Of a DNA stretch of 64,000 bases, positions 8,474-17,076 are shown one piece after another. The position numbers were made by a program, and so were the translations under genes. The DNA comes from an uncultured bacterium (GTDB lineage: Bacteria; Oederibacteriota; JAAXVQ01; JAUVAV01): assembly GCA_964630235.1 (NCBI GenBank), contig CAZVUO010000001.1:360294-424293 (forward strand). The letters are read 5' to 3'. The notes below the pieces were generated by a model, which had not been told where the DNA came from, ran no database searches, and was given only the letters and a program-made list of their open reading frames with translations. Position 1 is the first letter of the stretch; every line of letters begins with the position of its first letter.

Positions 8474-9783
8474 GATTTGGGCTTGCGCGCTTGGTCTTGG
8501 GGATTGACGTATACCGGCTCGCCGGCCACGAACGTGACCGCCACCCGCCCCTTGACCTGCCACTGGTCAAAGGGCGTGTTGTCTGACTGGCTCAGGAACT
8601 CCGAGGCCTGGATCACGCGGTCCGCGTCCGGGTCGAACAGCACCAGGTCCGCGTCCGCTCCGGGCGCGAGCGTGCCCTTGGGAATGTTCAGGATGCGGGC
8701 CGGCCGTGTGGACATGCGGTCCATCAGGTCCAGGAGCGGCAGGCGCTTGGCCGCCACCAGGGCGGTCATGGCCAGGGAGAGCGAAGTTTCCAGGCCGCAG
8801 ATACCCGGCGCGGCCAGGGCGAACTCCATTTCCTTCTCGCGGCGGGAGTGCGGCGCGTGGTCCGTGGCGATGGCATCCAGCGTGCCGTCGGCCAGGCCCT
8901 CGAGGAGCGCGGCCTGGTCCGAGGCCTCGGCAATGGGCGGGTTGACGCGCACGTTGGTGTCGTAACCCGCGAGGCATTCGTCCGTGAGCACCAGGTAGTG
9001 CGGCGCGGTCTCGGCGGTCACGCGCACGCCGCGCGCCTTGGCTTCGCGGATCAGGCGCACGGCGCCCGCGGTGGAGACGTGCGGGATGTGGATGCGGCTG
9101 CCGGTCTCCTCCGCCAAGAGGAGGTCGCGGCTGATCATGACCTCCAGGGCCGAGCGGGGCACGCCCGAGAGCCCGAGCTTGGCGGCCATGAAGCCGGCGT
9201 GCGCCACGCCCTTGCCGGAGAGCGCTCTGTCCTCGGCGTGGTTGATGACCAAGAGGTCGAGCATGCCCGCGTACTGCAGGGCGCTGCGCATCATGGCCGG
9301 CGATTCCACGGGCTCGCCGTCGTCGGACACGGCCATCACGCCCGCGGCCTTGAGCTCGCCCATCTCGGTGAGCTGTTTCCCCTCCCGGCGCTGCGTGATG
9401 CAGGCCACCGGGTACACGTTGACCACGCCCTGGCTCTTGGCCTTGGACAGCACCAGCTCCACCATGGCCAGGTTGTCGAGGGGCGGGGTGGTGTTGGGCA
9501 TGCAGGCTACGCTCGTCACGCCGCCCGCCGCGGCCGCGCGCGTGCCCGAGGCGATGGTCTCCTTGTACTCCGCGCCCGGTTCGCGCAGGTGCACGTGCAG
9601 GTCCACCAGGCCGGGCGCCACGGCCAGGCCGCCGGCGTCCCACACTTCATCCCGGGCCTGGGGTGAAAGAGCGCCGGGCGGCGTGATGTCCAGCACGCGG
9701 CCGTTCTCCAGCCACACGTCGCCAACCGCGTCGCGCCGGCTGGCCGGGTCGAGCACGCGTCCGCCTCTAATCAGCCGTCTCAT
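8470..9783 (-). CDS. pyrC: Dihydroorotase.
   Basis: Motifs DLHVHLREPG...DHAPH typical of amidohydrolase-type DHOase. ATG verified. Confidence 0.9.
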   Translation of the reverse strand: MRRLIRGGRVLDPASRRDAVGDVWLENGRVLDITPPGALSPQARDEVWDAGGLAVAPGLVDLHVHLREPGAEYKETIASGTRAAAAGGVTSVACMPNTTPPLDNLAMVELVLSKAKSQGVVNVYPVACITQRREGKQLTEMGELKAAGVMAVSDDGEPVESPAMMRSALQYAGMLDLLVINHAEDRALSGKGVAHAGFMAAKLGLSGVPRSALEVMISRDLLLAEETGSRIHIPHVSTAGAVRLIREAKARGVRVTAETAPHYLVLTDECLAGYDTNVRVNPPIAEASDQAALLEGLADGTLDAIATDHAPHSRREKEMEFALAAPGICGLETSLSLAMTALVAAKRLPLLDLMDRMSTRPARILNIPKGTLAPGADADLVLFDPDADRVIQASEFLSQSDNTPFDQWQVKGRVAVTFVAGEPVYVNPQDQARKPKS

Positions 9784-9913
9784 CGGTTTTCCCTCCTGGA
9801 GCCCGGTTTGCGCCTCCCGCGTATTTTCGTCGGTCCCTGAGCTTTACGCAAGGACCCCGGGTTTTCTCTATCTGCTCGTTTCGACAAGCTCAACGAACGG
9901 GCCGCGGAATACT

Positions 9914-10858
9914 TCACTCTGGTACCTCCGCTTCTTTCGGCGTTCCGGGAGAGAGAAGGTACAAAACGGCCATGCGCACGGCCACGCCGTTCGTCACCTG
10001 GTCCAGGATCACGGCCTGCGGCCCGTCGGCCACGCGCGGCGAGATCTCGATGCCGCGGTTCATGGGGCCGGGATGCATGATCATCACGTCCGGCTTGGCC
10101 AGCTTGAGCCGGCGGGCGTTGACCCCGTAGAGGTTGGCGTACTCGCGCGCGCTGGGAAAATATTGCCCGTCCTGGCGCTCGAGCTGGATGCGCAGAATGT
10201 TGATCACGTCCGCGCCGTCCAGCGCCTCTTCCAGGCGGGTGGTGGCCGTGACGCCCAGCCGCGTCAAACTTCGCGGCAGGAGCGTGGCCGGCCCCACGAT
10301 GCGCACCTGCGCGCCCAGTTTGGTCAGGCCGTGCAGGTTGCAGCGCGCCACGCGCGAATGGGTGATGTCCCCGACCAGGGCGACCACCAGCCCCTCGAAA
10401 CGGCCCTTGCGCTCGCGGATGGTGTACAGGTCGAGCAAGCCCTGGGTGGGGTGCGCGTGGGTGCCGTCGCCGGCGTTGACCAGGCTGGCGCGAGCGTGGC
10501 GGGCCACGAAGCTCACCGCGCCGGAGCAGGAGTGGCGCATGATGATGATCTGCACATTCATGGCCTCGATGTTGCGGATCGTATCCAGCAGGCTCTCGCC
10601 CTTGACCAGCGAGGAGGAGGACGCTGTGAAGTTGACCACGTCCGCCGAGAGCCGCTTGGCGGCCAGCTCGAAAGAGGTGCGGGTGCGGGTCGAAGGTTCG
10701 AAGAACAGGTTGACCACGGTCTGCCCGCGCAGGGCCGGTACTTTCTTGATCGGCCGCTGCACCACCTCCTTGAACGACGCCGCGGTGTCGAGGATTTTCA
10801 GGATCTCCTCCCGGGAGAGGTCCTCCAGGGAGATGAGGTCTTTACGCGCCAGTCCCAC
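9914..10858 (-). CDS. pyrB: Aspartate carbamoyltransferase catalytic subunit.
   Basis: STRTR and HPTQ motifs. The N-terminus aligns with E. coli PyrB. GTG start. Confidence 0.9.
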   Translation of the reverse strand: MGLARKDLISLEDLSREEILKILDTAASFKEVVQRPIKKVPALRGQTVVNLFFEPSTRTRTSFELAAKRLSADVVNFTASSSSLVKGESLLDTIRNIEAMNVQIIIMRHSCSGAVSFVARHARASLVNAGDGTHAHPTQGLLDLYTIRERKGRFEGLVVALVGDITHSRVARCNLHGLTKLGAQVRIVGPATLLPRSLTRLGVTATTRLEEALDGADVINILRIQLERQDGQYFPSAREYANLYGVNARRLKLAKPDVMIMHPGPMNRGIEISPRVADGPQAVILDQVTNGVAVRMAVLYLLSPGTPKEAEVPE

Positions 10859-11423
10859 GGGTCGCTCCCTCCTCCGGCTTGATCAGCCAGATGGCGTCCT
10901 CCGGGTCGCCGTGCTCGCGCAGGTGGACCGCCACCTGCTCGCGGCGCGCGGTGGGGACGTTCTTGCCCACGAAATCCGCGTGGATGGGCAGTTCGCGGTG
11001 GCCGCGGTCCACCAGCACGGCCAGCTGGATCTGCTGGGGACGGCCGTAATCATTGAGCTCGTCCAGGGCGGCGCGCACGCTGCGTCCGGTGTAGAGCACG
11101 TCGTCCACCAGGACCACGCGCTTGCCGTTCAGGTCAAAGGGCAGGTGGCTGGCGCGCACGGCGGGGGATGGCGCGGAGGCCCGGACCTGCTGGGTGTCGT
11201 CGCGGTGGAAGGTGATGTCCAGGGCGCCCACCGGCGGGGCCGTACCCTCGATGGCCTGGATCTGGCTGGCCAGCCGCTGGGCCAGCAGGTCCCCGCGCTG
11301 GATGATGCCGATGAGGACCAGGTCGCCGACGCCTTTCTGGCGTTCGAGGATTTCGTGCGCGATGCGGGTAATGGCCCGCCGGATGGATTCCGCGTCCATG
11401 ATGCGCGTGCCGGGATGGCTCAT
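10842..11423 (-). CDS. pyrR: Bifunctional pyrimidine operon regulator / uracil phosphoribosyltransferase PyrR.
   Basis: PRTase motif [13 protein letters not shown] with PyrR-like length, first gene of the pyr operon. ATG verified. Confidence 0.9.
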   Translation of the reverse strand: MSHPGTRIMDAESIRRAITRIAHEILERQKGVGDLVLIGIIQRGDLLAQRLASQIQAIEGTAPPVGALDITFHRDDTQQVRASAPSPAVRASHLPFDLNGKRVVLVDDVLYTGRSVRAALDELNDYGRPQQIQLAVLVDRGHRELPIHADFVGKNVPTARREQVAVHLREHGDPEDAIWLIKPEEGATRGTGA

Positions 11424-11442
11424 CGGAGGGTTCCTTTCAGGC

Positions 11443-11545
11443 AGAAATAAAAACAGCCTCCCGCAAGGCGCGCGGGGAGGCTGGACGGGAACGTCGTCAA
11501 GGCTGACATGTTCGAACCCTTTCCGGTCTCTCGGACCAGTTTAAA
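11443..11545 (-). promoter_or_regulatory. PyrR-responsive transcription attenuator in the pyr leader. It holds a candidate PyrR-binding loop (RNA GGUCCGAGAGACCGGAAAGG, DNA ~11519-11545) and a terminator hairpin plus U-tract (11443-11484) ending ~20 nt before the pyrR ATG.
   Basis: Minus-strand RNA CAGCCUCCCGC-AAGGCGC-GCGGGGAGGCUG followed by UUUUUAUUU, read directly. The upstream motif resembles the Bacillus PyrR box UCCAGAGAGGCUGGCAAGG with one indel and a few substitutions. Confidence 0.5.
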
Positions 11546-11734
11546 GGATTGCGGCCGGATATGAAGATACGCCGGAATCTCTTGTGTGTCAAGCCCTAAG
11601 CGGACCGAAAAGAGTGGATCGCTTCGTCCCCCGCGGGGACTCGCATGGCTGGTCATTGCGAGCGACCGAAGGGCGCGCGGCAATCCAGCATCCCCTCTCC
11701 CCTTCCCCCTGTCGTCCCTGGCCGCTTTGGCCGG

Positions 11735-11773
11735 ATAAAAAAAACCGGAGGGAGCGGGGCTCCCTCCGGCGCA
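11735..11773 (-). terminator. Intrinsic terminator (CCGGAGGGAGC-CCCG-CUCCCUCCGG plus U9) downstream of the lysine-rich mini-ORF.
   Basis: Perfect 11-bp GC stem followed by nine U on the minus strand. Confidence 0.65.
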
Positions 11774-11813
11774 TCTTCAAAATATTATCCATGCACACGA
11801 ATGCGAATCACAC

Positions 11814-11864
11814 TTACTTCTTTTTCTTCTTCGTGGCTTTTTTCTTCGCTTTCTTCACCGCCAT
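11814..11864 (-). CDS. Candidate 16-aa lysine-rich peptide gene (MAVKKAKKKATKKKKK).
   Basis: Consensus SD AAGGAGG sits 7 nt upstream of the ATG. The TAA stop is followed 40 nt later by a strong terminator. The surroundings are AT-rich, unlike the rest of the window. Confidence 0.35.
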   Translation of the reverse strand: MAVKKAKKKATKKKKK

Positions 11865-11960
11865 GCTGTCACCTCCTTTGCCGACGTGCATGTGTTGATT
11901 TATTTATAACACATTCGCCCGCGAAAGGAGAAATATTTTTCGCCTACAGCAAATATTTTT

Positions 11961-12500
11961 TTATCGCACGGTCACCTTGAGCATCTTGTCGCCGACGCGG
12001 ATCGCCTGCACCACGTCCATGCCCGAGACCACCTGGCCGAACACGGTGTACTGCCCGTCCAGGTTGGGCTGGCGCGAGAGGCAGATGTAAAACTGACTGC
12101 CCGCGGAATTCGGATCGAGCGCGCGCGCCATGGCGACCGTGCCGGTCAAGTGCGAGCGGCTGTTGAACTCCGCGGGAATGGTATAGCCGGGCCCGCCCGT
12201 GCCGTCGCCGCTGGGGTCGCCTCCCTGGATCACGAAGTTCGGCACCACGCGGTGGAAGGTCAGGCCGTCGTAAAAGCCCTTGCGCGCCAGTTTGATAAAA
12301 TTGTCCACGGTCTTGGGCGCGTCTTCCGGATAGAACTTGAAAACGATCTCTCCCTTGCTGGTCTGCAGAACGGCCTCGGTGACGGGTGTGTTGTCGGTCA
12401 TGGTTTCGGTGGTCGCTTCCTTTCCGGTGGTTTGGGGTACGCTGGCGCAGCCGCTTGCGATCAGCAGCGCCGCACTGCCGAGCACGATCCAGTGACGCAT
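11961..12500 (-). CDS. Peptidyl-prolyl cis-trans isomerase (cyclophilin type), lipoprotein.
   Basis: Lipobox LIASGC followed by the cyclophilin motifs FHRVVPNFVIQGGDP...FYICL. Confidence 0.85.
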   Translation of the reverse strand: MRHWIVLGSAALLIASGCASVPQTTGKEATTETMTDNTPVTEAVLQTSKGEIVFKFYPEDAPKTVDNFIKLARKGFYDGLTFHRVVPNFVIQGGDPSGDGTGGPGYTIPAEFNSRSHLTGTVAMARALDPNSAGSQFYICLSRQPNLDGQYTVFGQVVSGMDVVQAIRVGDKMLKVTVR

Positions 12501-12526
12501 GGTTTTCCTTCCTCCTTGTGATAAAT

Positions 12527-14482
12527 TCAACGCCGCCGTTTTAAATAGTTGAGCGTGCCGCCGGCGAGCACCTGGTCGCGCTGCCGGGGCGAAAGATCAC
12601 ACTTCATCTCCCACTCCGCGCCGGTGGTGAGGTTCTTCACGCGCACGCTCCCGCCGGCCGCGAGGTCGGCCTTGAGCGCCGGGAACGAGAGCGTGTGTCC
12701 CGCGTCGGCCTTGGCGTAGTCCGCGGGATCGCGGAAGGTGAGCGGCACGATGCCGAAATTGATGAGATTGGCCAGGTGGATGCGCGCGAACGACTTGACC
12801 AGCACCGCGCGCACGCCGAGGAAGCGCGGGGCCAGGGCCGCGTGCTCCCGCGAAGAGCCCTGCCCGTAGTTTTCGCCGCCCACCACGTATCCGCCGGACT
12901 GCTCCTGGGCGCGGCGGCTGAACTCCGGATCCAGTCGCGAAAAGGCGTGCTGCGCCAGGGCCGGGATATTCGAACGCAAGGGCAGAAGCTTGGCGCCCGC
13001 GGGCATGATGTCATCCGTGGTCACGTGGTCTCCGAACTTGGCCAGCACCTGGCCCTGGTCCCGCTCCGCCAGCGCCGGGAACTGAGGCAGGGGTTTGATG
13101 TTCGGGCCGCGTACGATCTCCGCGGCCTGGCCGGAGGCCGCGGGCTTGAGCAGCAGGCTGTCGGAGGCATCGGAGCGCGCCGGCAGCCGGAAGGACTTGC
13201 CGGCCTGAAAACGGCGCGGATCCGTCACTTCGCCCTTGATCGCGGCCGCGGCCGCGGTCTCGGCCGAAACCAGGTACACCTGGGCGTCCGGCGTGCCGGA
13301 GCGGCCTTTGAAATTGCGGTTGAAGGTGCGCAGGGACACCGCGCCCGAAGCCGGCGCCTGGCCCATGCCGATGCAGGCGCCGCACGCGGGCTCCATGACC
13401 CGCGCGCCGGCCGCGATCAGGGCCGCCAGCGCGCCGTTGGCCGCCAAGGCGTTCAACACCTGCTGGGAACCGGGCGCGATCACCAGCGACACGCCGGGGT
13501 GCACCTTGCGGCCGGCCAACAGGGCGGCCACGGTCACGAGGTCTGCCAGCGAGGAGTTGGTGCAGGAGCCGATGACCACCTGCTGGGGTTTGAGCCCGGC
13601 CAGCGCGCGGACCGGCACCACCGCGTCCGGCGAATGGGGTTTCGCGGCCAGGGGCTCCAGGCGCGACAGGTCCATGGCCAGCGCGCCGCCGGAATACACC
13701 GCCCCGGGGTCCGCGGCCAGCGGCCGGTAATCCCGGGCCCGGCCCTGGTAGGCCAGGAACGCGCGGGTCTTGGCGTCCGCGGGAAACAGGCTGGTCGTGG
13801 CGCCGGTCTCGGCGCCCATGTTCGTGATCGTGGCCCGTTCAGGCACGCTCAGGCTGGCCGCGCCCGGGCCCGAGTACTCAAGAATCTTCCCCACCCCGCC
13901 CTTGACCGTGAGGCGCCGTAGCACTTCCAGGATCACGTCCTTGGCTGAAACGCGCGGGGCCAGGCGGCCGGAGAGCTTCACGTTGAGAATCTGGGGGTGG
14001 GTGAGGTAAAAAGGCGCGCCGGCCATGGCCGCGGCCACGTCCAGGCCGCCCGCGCCGATGGCCAGGGATCCCAGGCCTCCGGCCGTGGGCGTATGGGAAT
14101 CCGACCCGAGCAGGGTGGCCCAGGGCTTGCCGAAACGCTCCAGGTGCACTTGGTGGCAGATGCCGTTCCCTGGCCGGGAAAAATAGGCGCCGAACGTGGC
14201 GGCCGCGCTCTGCAGGTACGCGTGGTCGTCGGCGTTCTCGAACCCGGCCTGCAGGGTGTTGTGATCCACGTAGGAAACCGCGAGGCGGGCTTTCACCCGG
14301 GGCAGGCCGAGGGCCTCGAACTGCAGCCAGGCCAGCGTCCCGGTCGCGTCCTGGGTCAGGGTCTGGTCAATGCGCAGCGCGATCTCCTGGCCGGGCTCGC
14401 TCGCCGGGTCCATGCCGTGCGCGATCAGGATTTTTTCCGCCGCGGTCCGCGGCGTGCGGGAACGGAAAGGACGTCGCGCCAT
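12527..14482 (-). CDS. Aconitase-family hydratase with catalytic and swivel domains fused in one chain (putative aconitate hydratase; a LeuCD-like fusion is the alternative).
   Basis: Fe-S ligand motifs SCTNS and CGACIG, with a C-terminal swivel (LeuD-like) domain. It sits among fumarase, mdh and icd genes. Confidence 0.8.
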   Translation of the reverse strand: MARRPFRSRTPRTAAEKILIAHGMDPASEPGQEIALRIDQTLTQDATGTLAWLQFEALGLPRVKARLAVSYVDHNTLQAGFENADDHAYLQSAAATFGAYFSRPGNGICHQVHLERFGKPWATLLGSDSHTPTAGGLGSLAIGAGGLDVAAAMAGAPFYLTHPQILNVKLSGRLAPRVSAKDVILEVLRRLTVKGGVGKILEYSGPGAASLSVPERATITNMGAETGATTSLFPADAKTRAFLAYQGRARDYRPLAADPGAVYSGGALAMDLSRLEPLAAKPHSPDAVVPVRALAGLKPQQVVIGSCTNSSLADLVTVAALLAGRKVHPGVSLVIAPGSQQVLNALAANGALAALIAAGARVMEPACGACIGMGQAPASGAVSLRTFNRNFKGRSGTPDAQVYLVSAETAAAAAIKGEVTDPRRFQAGKSFRLPARSDASDSLLLKPAASGQAAEIVRGPNIKPLPQFPALAERDQGQVLAKFGDHVTTDDIMPAGAKLLPLRSNIPALAQHAFSRLDPEFSRRAQEQSGGYVVGGENYGQGSSREHAALAPRFLGVRAVLVKSFARIHLANLINFGIVPLTFRDPADYAKADAGHTLSFPALKADLAAGGSVRVKNLTTGAEWEMKCDLSPRQRDQVLAGGTLNYLKRRR

Positions 14483-14484
14483 CG

Positions 14485-15039
14485 CTACTCCTGCCGGTAG
14501 GCGTGCGGCCCCTGCTCGAACAGGTTGCCGCCCTTGAGGTCAATGGCCACGACCGCCGGAAAATTGTCCACCTTGAGGCTGTACACGGCCTCGGGCCCCA
14601 ATTCTTCGTAAGCCACGACCAGGGAGCCGAGCACTTTGGACCCGTAGTACGCGCCCGCGCCGCCGGCCGCGGCCAGGTAAATCGCGCCGCGGCGCTGGAA
14701 CTCGGCCGCCATGCCGGGCGAAAGCGGGCCCTTCCCCATGACCGCCTTCACGCCGGCCGAAAGCAGGGCGGGCAGGTAGGGCTCCATGCGCTGGCTGGTG
14801 GTGGGGCCGGCGGCCCCGATCTGTTCGCCCGGCGCCGCGGGCGTGGGTCCCACGAAATAGATCAACTGGTCCTTGAGGTCCACCGGCGGCTTCTTGTACT
14901 CCAGCAGGAGTTCGTAGATCCGTTTCAGCGCGGCATCGCGCGCCGTGATCAGGGAACCGCTCAAGTTGATCCACTGGCCCACCGCGAACTCCTCCATGGC
15001 CTTGTGATCGAGAGGCAGCTGCATCCATTTGCCGCTCAT
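14485..15039 (-). CDS. Class I fumarate hydratase (Fe-S hydro-lyase), beta subunit.
   Basis: Similar to the FumA C-terminal / TtdB family. The start was set at the ATG overlapping the alpha-subunit stop (ATGA). Confidence 0.8.
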   Translation of the reverse strand: MSGKWMQLPLDHKAMEEFAVGQWINLSGSLITARDAALKRIYELLLEYKKPPVDLKDQLIYFVGPTPAAPGEQIGAAGPTTSQRMEPYLPALLSAGVKAVMGKGPLSPGMAAEFQRRGAIYLAAAGGAGAYYGSKVLGSLVVAYEELGPEAVYSLKVDNFPAVVAIDLKGGNLFEQGPHAYRQE

Positions 15040-15878
15040 AGCGTCACCTCCGCCACCCGGTGGCTGTGGCACTCAAGGTTCACGGCCACGGGCAGGGACG
15101 CGATGTGGCAGGGCGCGGTCTCGATGGCCACGGCCAGGGCCGTGGTGGTGCCGCCCCAGCCCTGGGGACCGATGCCCAGGCGGTTGATGGCGGCGAGCAG
15201 TTTGGCTTCCCACTCCGCGGTTTTAGGATCGGCCGCGGGTGCGCCCACGGGCCGCAGCAGCGCCTGCTTGGCCAGGAGCGGCGCGGTGTCCGAACTGCCG
15301 CCCACGCCCACGCCCACGATCAGGGGCGGGCAGGCCATGGCGCCATGCTGGCGGACATGGTTGAGGACAAAGTCCGACACGCCCTCGATCCCGGCCGAAG
15401 GCAGCAGCATGGCCAGGGCGCTCATGTTCTCGCTGCCGCCGCCCTTGGCCATGACGCGCAGTTTCAGGCCCTTGCCCGGCACCAGGTCGTAATGGATGAT
15501 CGCGGGCGTGTTGTCTCCGGTATTGACGCGTTCCAGCGGGTGCGCCACCACGGAATGCCGCAGGCGCAGGTCCTGGGATCCCTGGCGCACGCCGGCCTGC
15601 AGCGCCTCGCTCAGGGACCCGCCCGCAATGTGGACGTCCTGCCCGACTTCCGCGAAGATCAGGGTCCGCCCCGTGTCCTGGCAGAGAGGCTGCACGCCGG
15701 CCGAGGCCATTTTCGCGTTGTCCACCAGCAGCTCCAGGGCCTCGCGGCCCAAGGGCGAAGCTTCCTGCTCCAAAGCGGACTGGATCCGCTGGCGCAGATC
15801 CGGCCGCATCTGGAAGTGCAGTTCTTTCAAAGCCGCGATCACCGCGTCCCTGACGATTTCGGTCGTTATCTCCCGCAT
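15036..15878 (-). CDS. Class I fumarate hydratase, alpha subunit.
   Basis: FumA N-terminal / TtdA family; a Cys-containing catalytic region (GVQPLCQDTG) is present. Confidence 0.8.
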   Translation of the reverse strand: MREITTEIVRDAVIAALKELHFQMRPDLRQRIQSALEQEASPLGREALELLVDNAKMASAGVQPLCQDTGRTLIFAEVGQDVHIAGGSLSEALQAGVRQGSQDLRLRHSVVAHPLERVNTGDNTPAIIHYDLVPGKGLKLRVMAKGGGSENMSALAMLLPSAGIEGVSDFVLNHVRQHGAMACPPLIVGVGVGGSSDTAPLLAKQALLRPVGAPAADPKTAEWEAKLLAAINRLGIGPQGWGGTTTALAVAIETAPCHIASLPVAVNLECHSHRVAEVTL

Positions 15879-15894
15879 GCGCGTCTGCCTCCGT

Positions 15895-16842
15895 TCACGG
15901 ATGCTGCAAGCGCCACGTGTCAACCTGGCGCATCAATTCGCGCACCGCGTCGGCGGAGCGCCGCAGGCTGACCTGGTCCTCGGGAGCGAGCGCCAGCTCC
16001 GGGATCCGCACCACGCCGCCGCGCCCCAGGATCACGGGCACGCCCACCACGACCTCCCGCAGTCCGTATTCCCCTTCCAGCCAGGCGGCGCAAGGCAGCA
16101 GCGCCTGCTCGTCGCGCAAGATCGCGGCCACCATGCGGACCGCGGCCGCGGCCGGCGCGTAGAAAGCGCTGCCGGTTTTTAGCAGCTGGACGATCTCGGC
16201 GCCGCCGTTGCGGGTCCGCGCGACGATGCGCGCGAGCTCGTCGGCCGAAAGCCAGTCCGCGGCCGGAGAGCCGCCCACGCGGGTCAACGGCACGCACGGC
16301 ACCATCTCGTCGCCGTGGCCGCCCAGCACCATGGCCTCCACGTTTGCCTGCGAAACGCCGAGCGCCTGGGCCAGGAAGAACCGGTAGCGGGCCGTGTCCA
16401 GGATCCCGGCCATGCCCACCACCCGCCGCGCCGGAAAGCCGGACGTTTTCCAGGCGGCGTAGGTCATGGCGTCGAGCGGATTGGTCACCACCACCAGCAC
16501 GGCCTCGGGCGAGGCGGACGCGGCGTGGCCGACCACGGTGCTCACGATCTCGCAGTTGATCTTGAGCAGGTCGTCGCGGCTCATGCCCGGTTTGCGCGGC
16601 GAGCCGGAGGTCACGACGATCACGTCGGACCCGATGGTCTCCTCGTACTTGGCCGTGCCCTGGCAGGTTCCGCCATAGCCCAGCACGGTTCCAGCCTGCG
16701 ACAGGTCCAGGGCCTTGCCGCGGGCCAGGTCCTCGAGTACGTCCACCAGCACCACGTCCCCCAATTGCTGGGAGAGGACCTGCTGGGCCACGCTGGCGCC
16801 CACGTTGCCGGCGCCGATCACCGTGATCTTGGGACGAGCCAT
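15895..16842 (-). CDS. mdh: Malate dehydrogenase (LDH-like, NAD-dependent).
   Basis: ITVIGAGNVG Rossmann motif, substrate Arg residues, ~315 aa from the internal ATG. Confidence 0.85.
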   Translation of the reverse strand: MARPKITVIGAGNVGASVAQQVLSQQLGDVVLVDVLEDLARGKALDLSQAGTVLGYGGTCQGTAKYEETIGSDVIVVTSGSPRKPGMSRDDLLKINCEIVSTVVGHAASASPEAVLVVVTNPLDAMTYAAWKTSGFPARRVVGMAGILDTARYRFFLAQALGVSQANVEAMVLGGHGDEMVPCVPLTRVGGSPAADWLSADELARIVARTRNGGAEIVQLLKTGSAFYAPAAAAVRMVAAILRDEQALLPCAAWLEGEYGLREVVVGVPVILGRGGVVRIPELALAPEDQVSLRRSADAVRELMRQVDTWRLQHP

Positions 16843-16940
16843 GGGAACACCTCGGGAGGAATTGGACGGGGTTATCTTAACATACTTTAATGAAAAAACC
16901 ATTCTCGAACGCCAGGGTTACCCTGCTTGGGTGTTTTCCG

Positions 16941-17037
16941 CTTCATTCTTATCCGTCACCCCGGTATGTCTTTAACCGGGGTCCAGAGATCTAAAGTCCC
17001 TGGATGCCGGCTGACCCCATGCCGGCATGACGGCAGA
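16941..17037. repeat. REP/MITE-like element, copy A. It consists of two hairpins (gtcaccccgg...ccggggtccaga and ccctggatgccggc...gccggcatgacg) between mdh and icd.
   Basis: About 80% identical over ~95 bp to the element at 40196-40291. The ORFs listed here are spurious. Confidence 0.55.
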
Positions 17038-17076
17038 GCGAAGAGAACCGGACAGGCGGAATTCGCCGGGATAATT

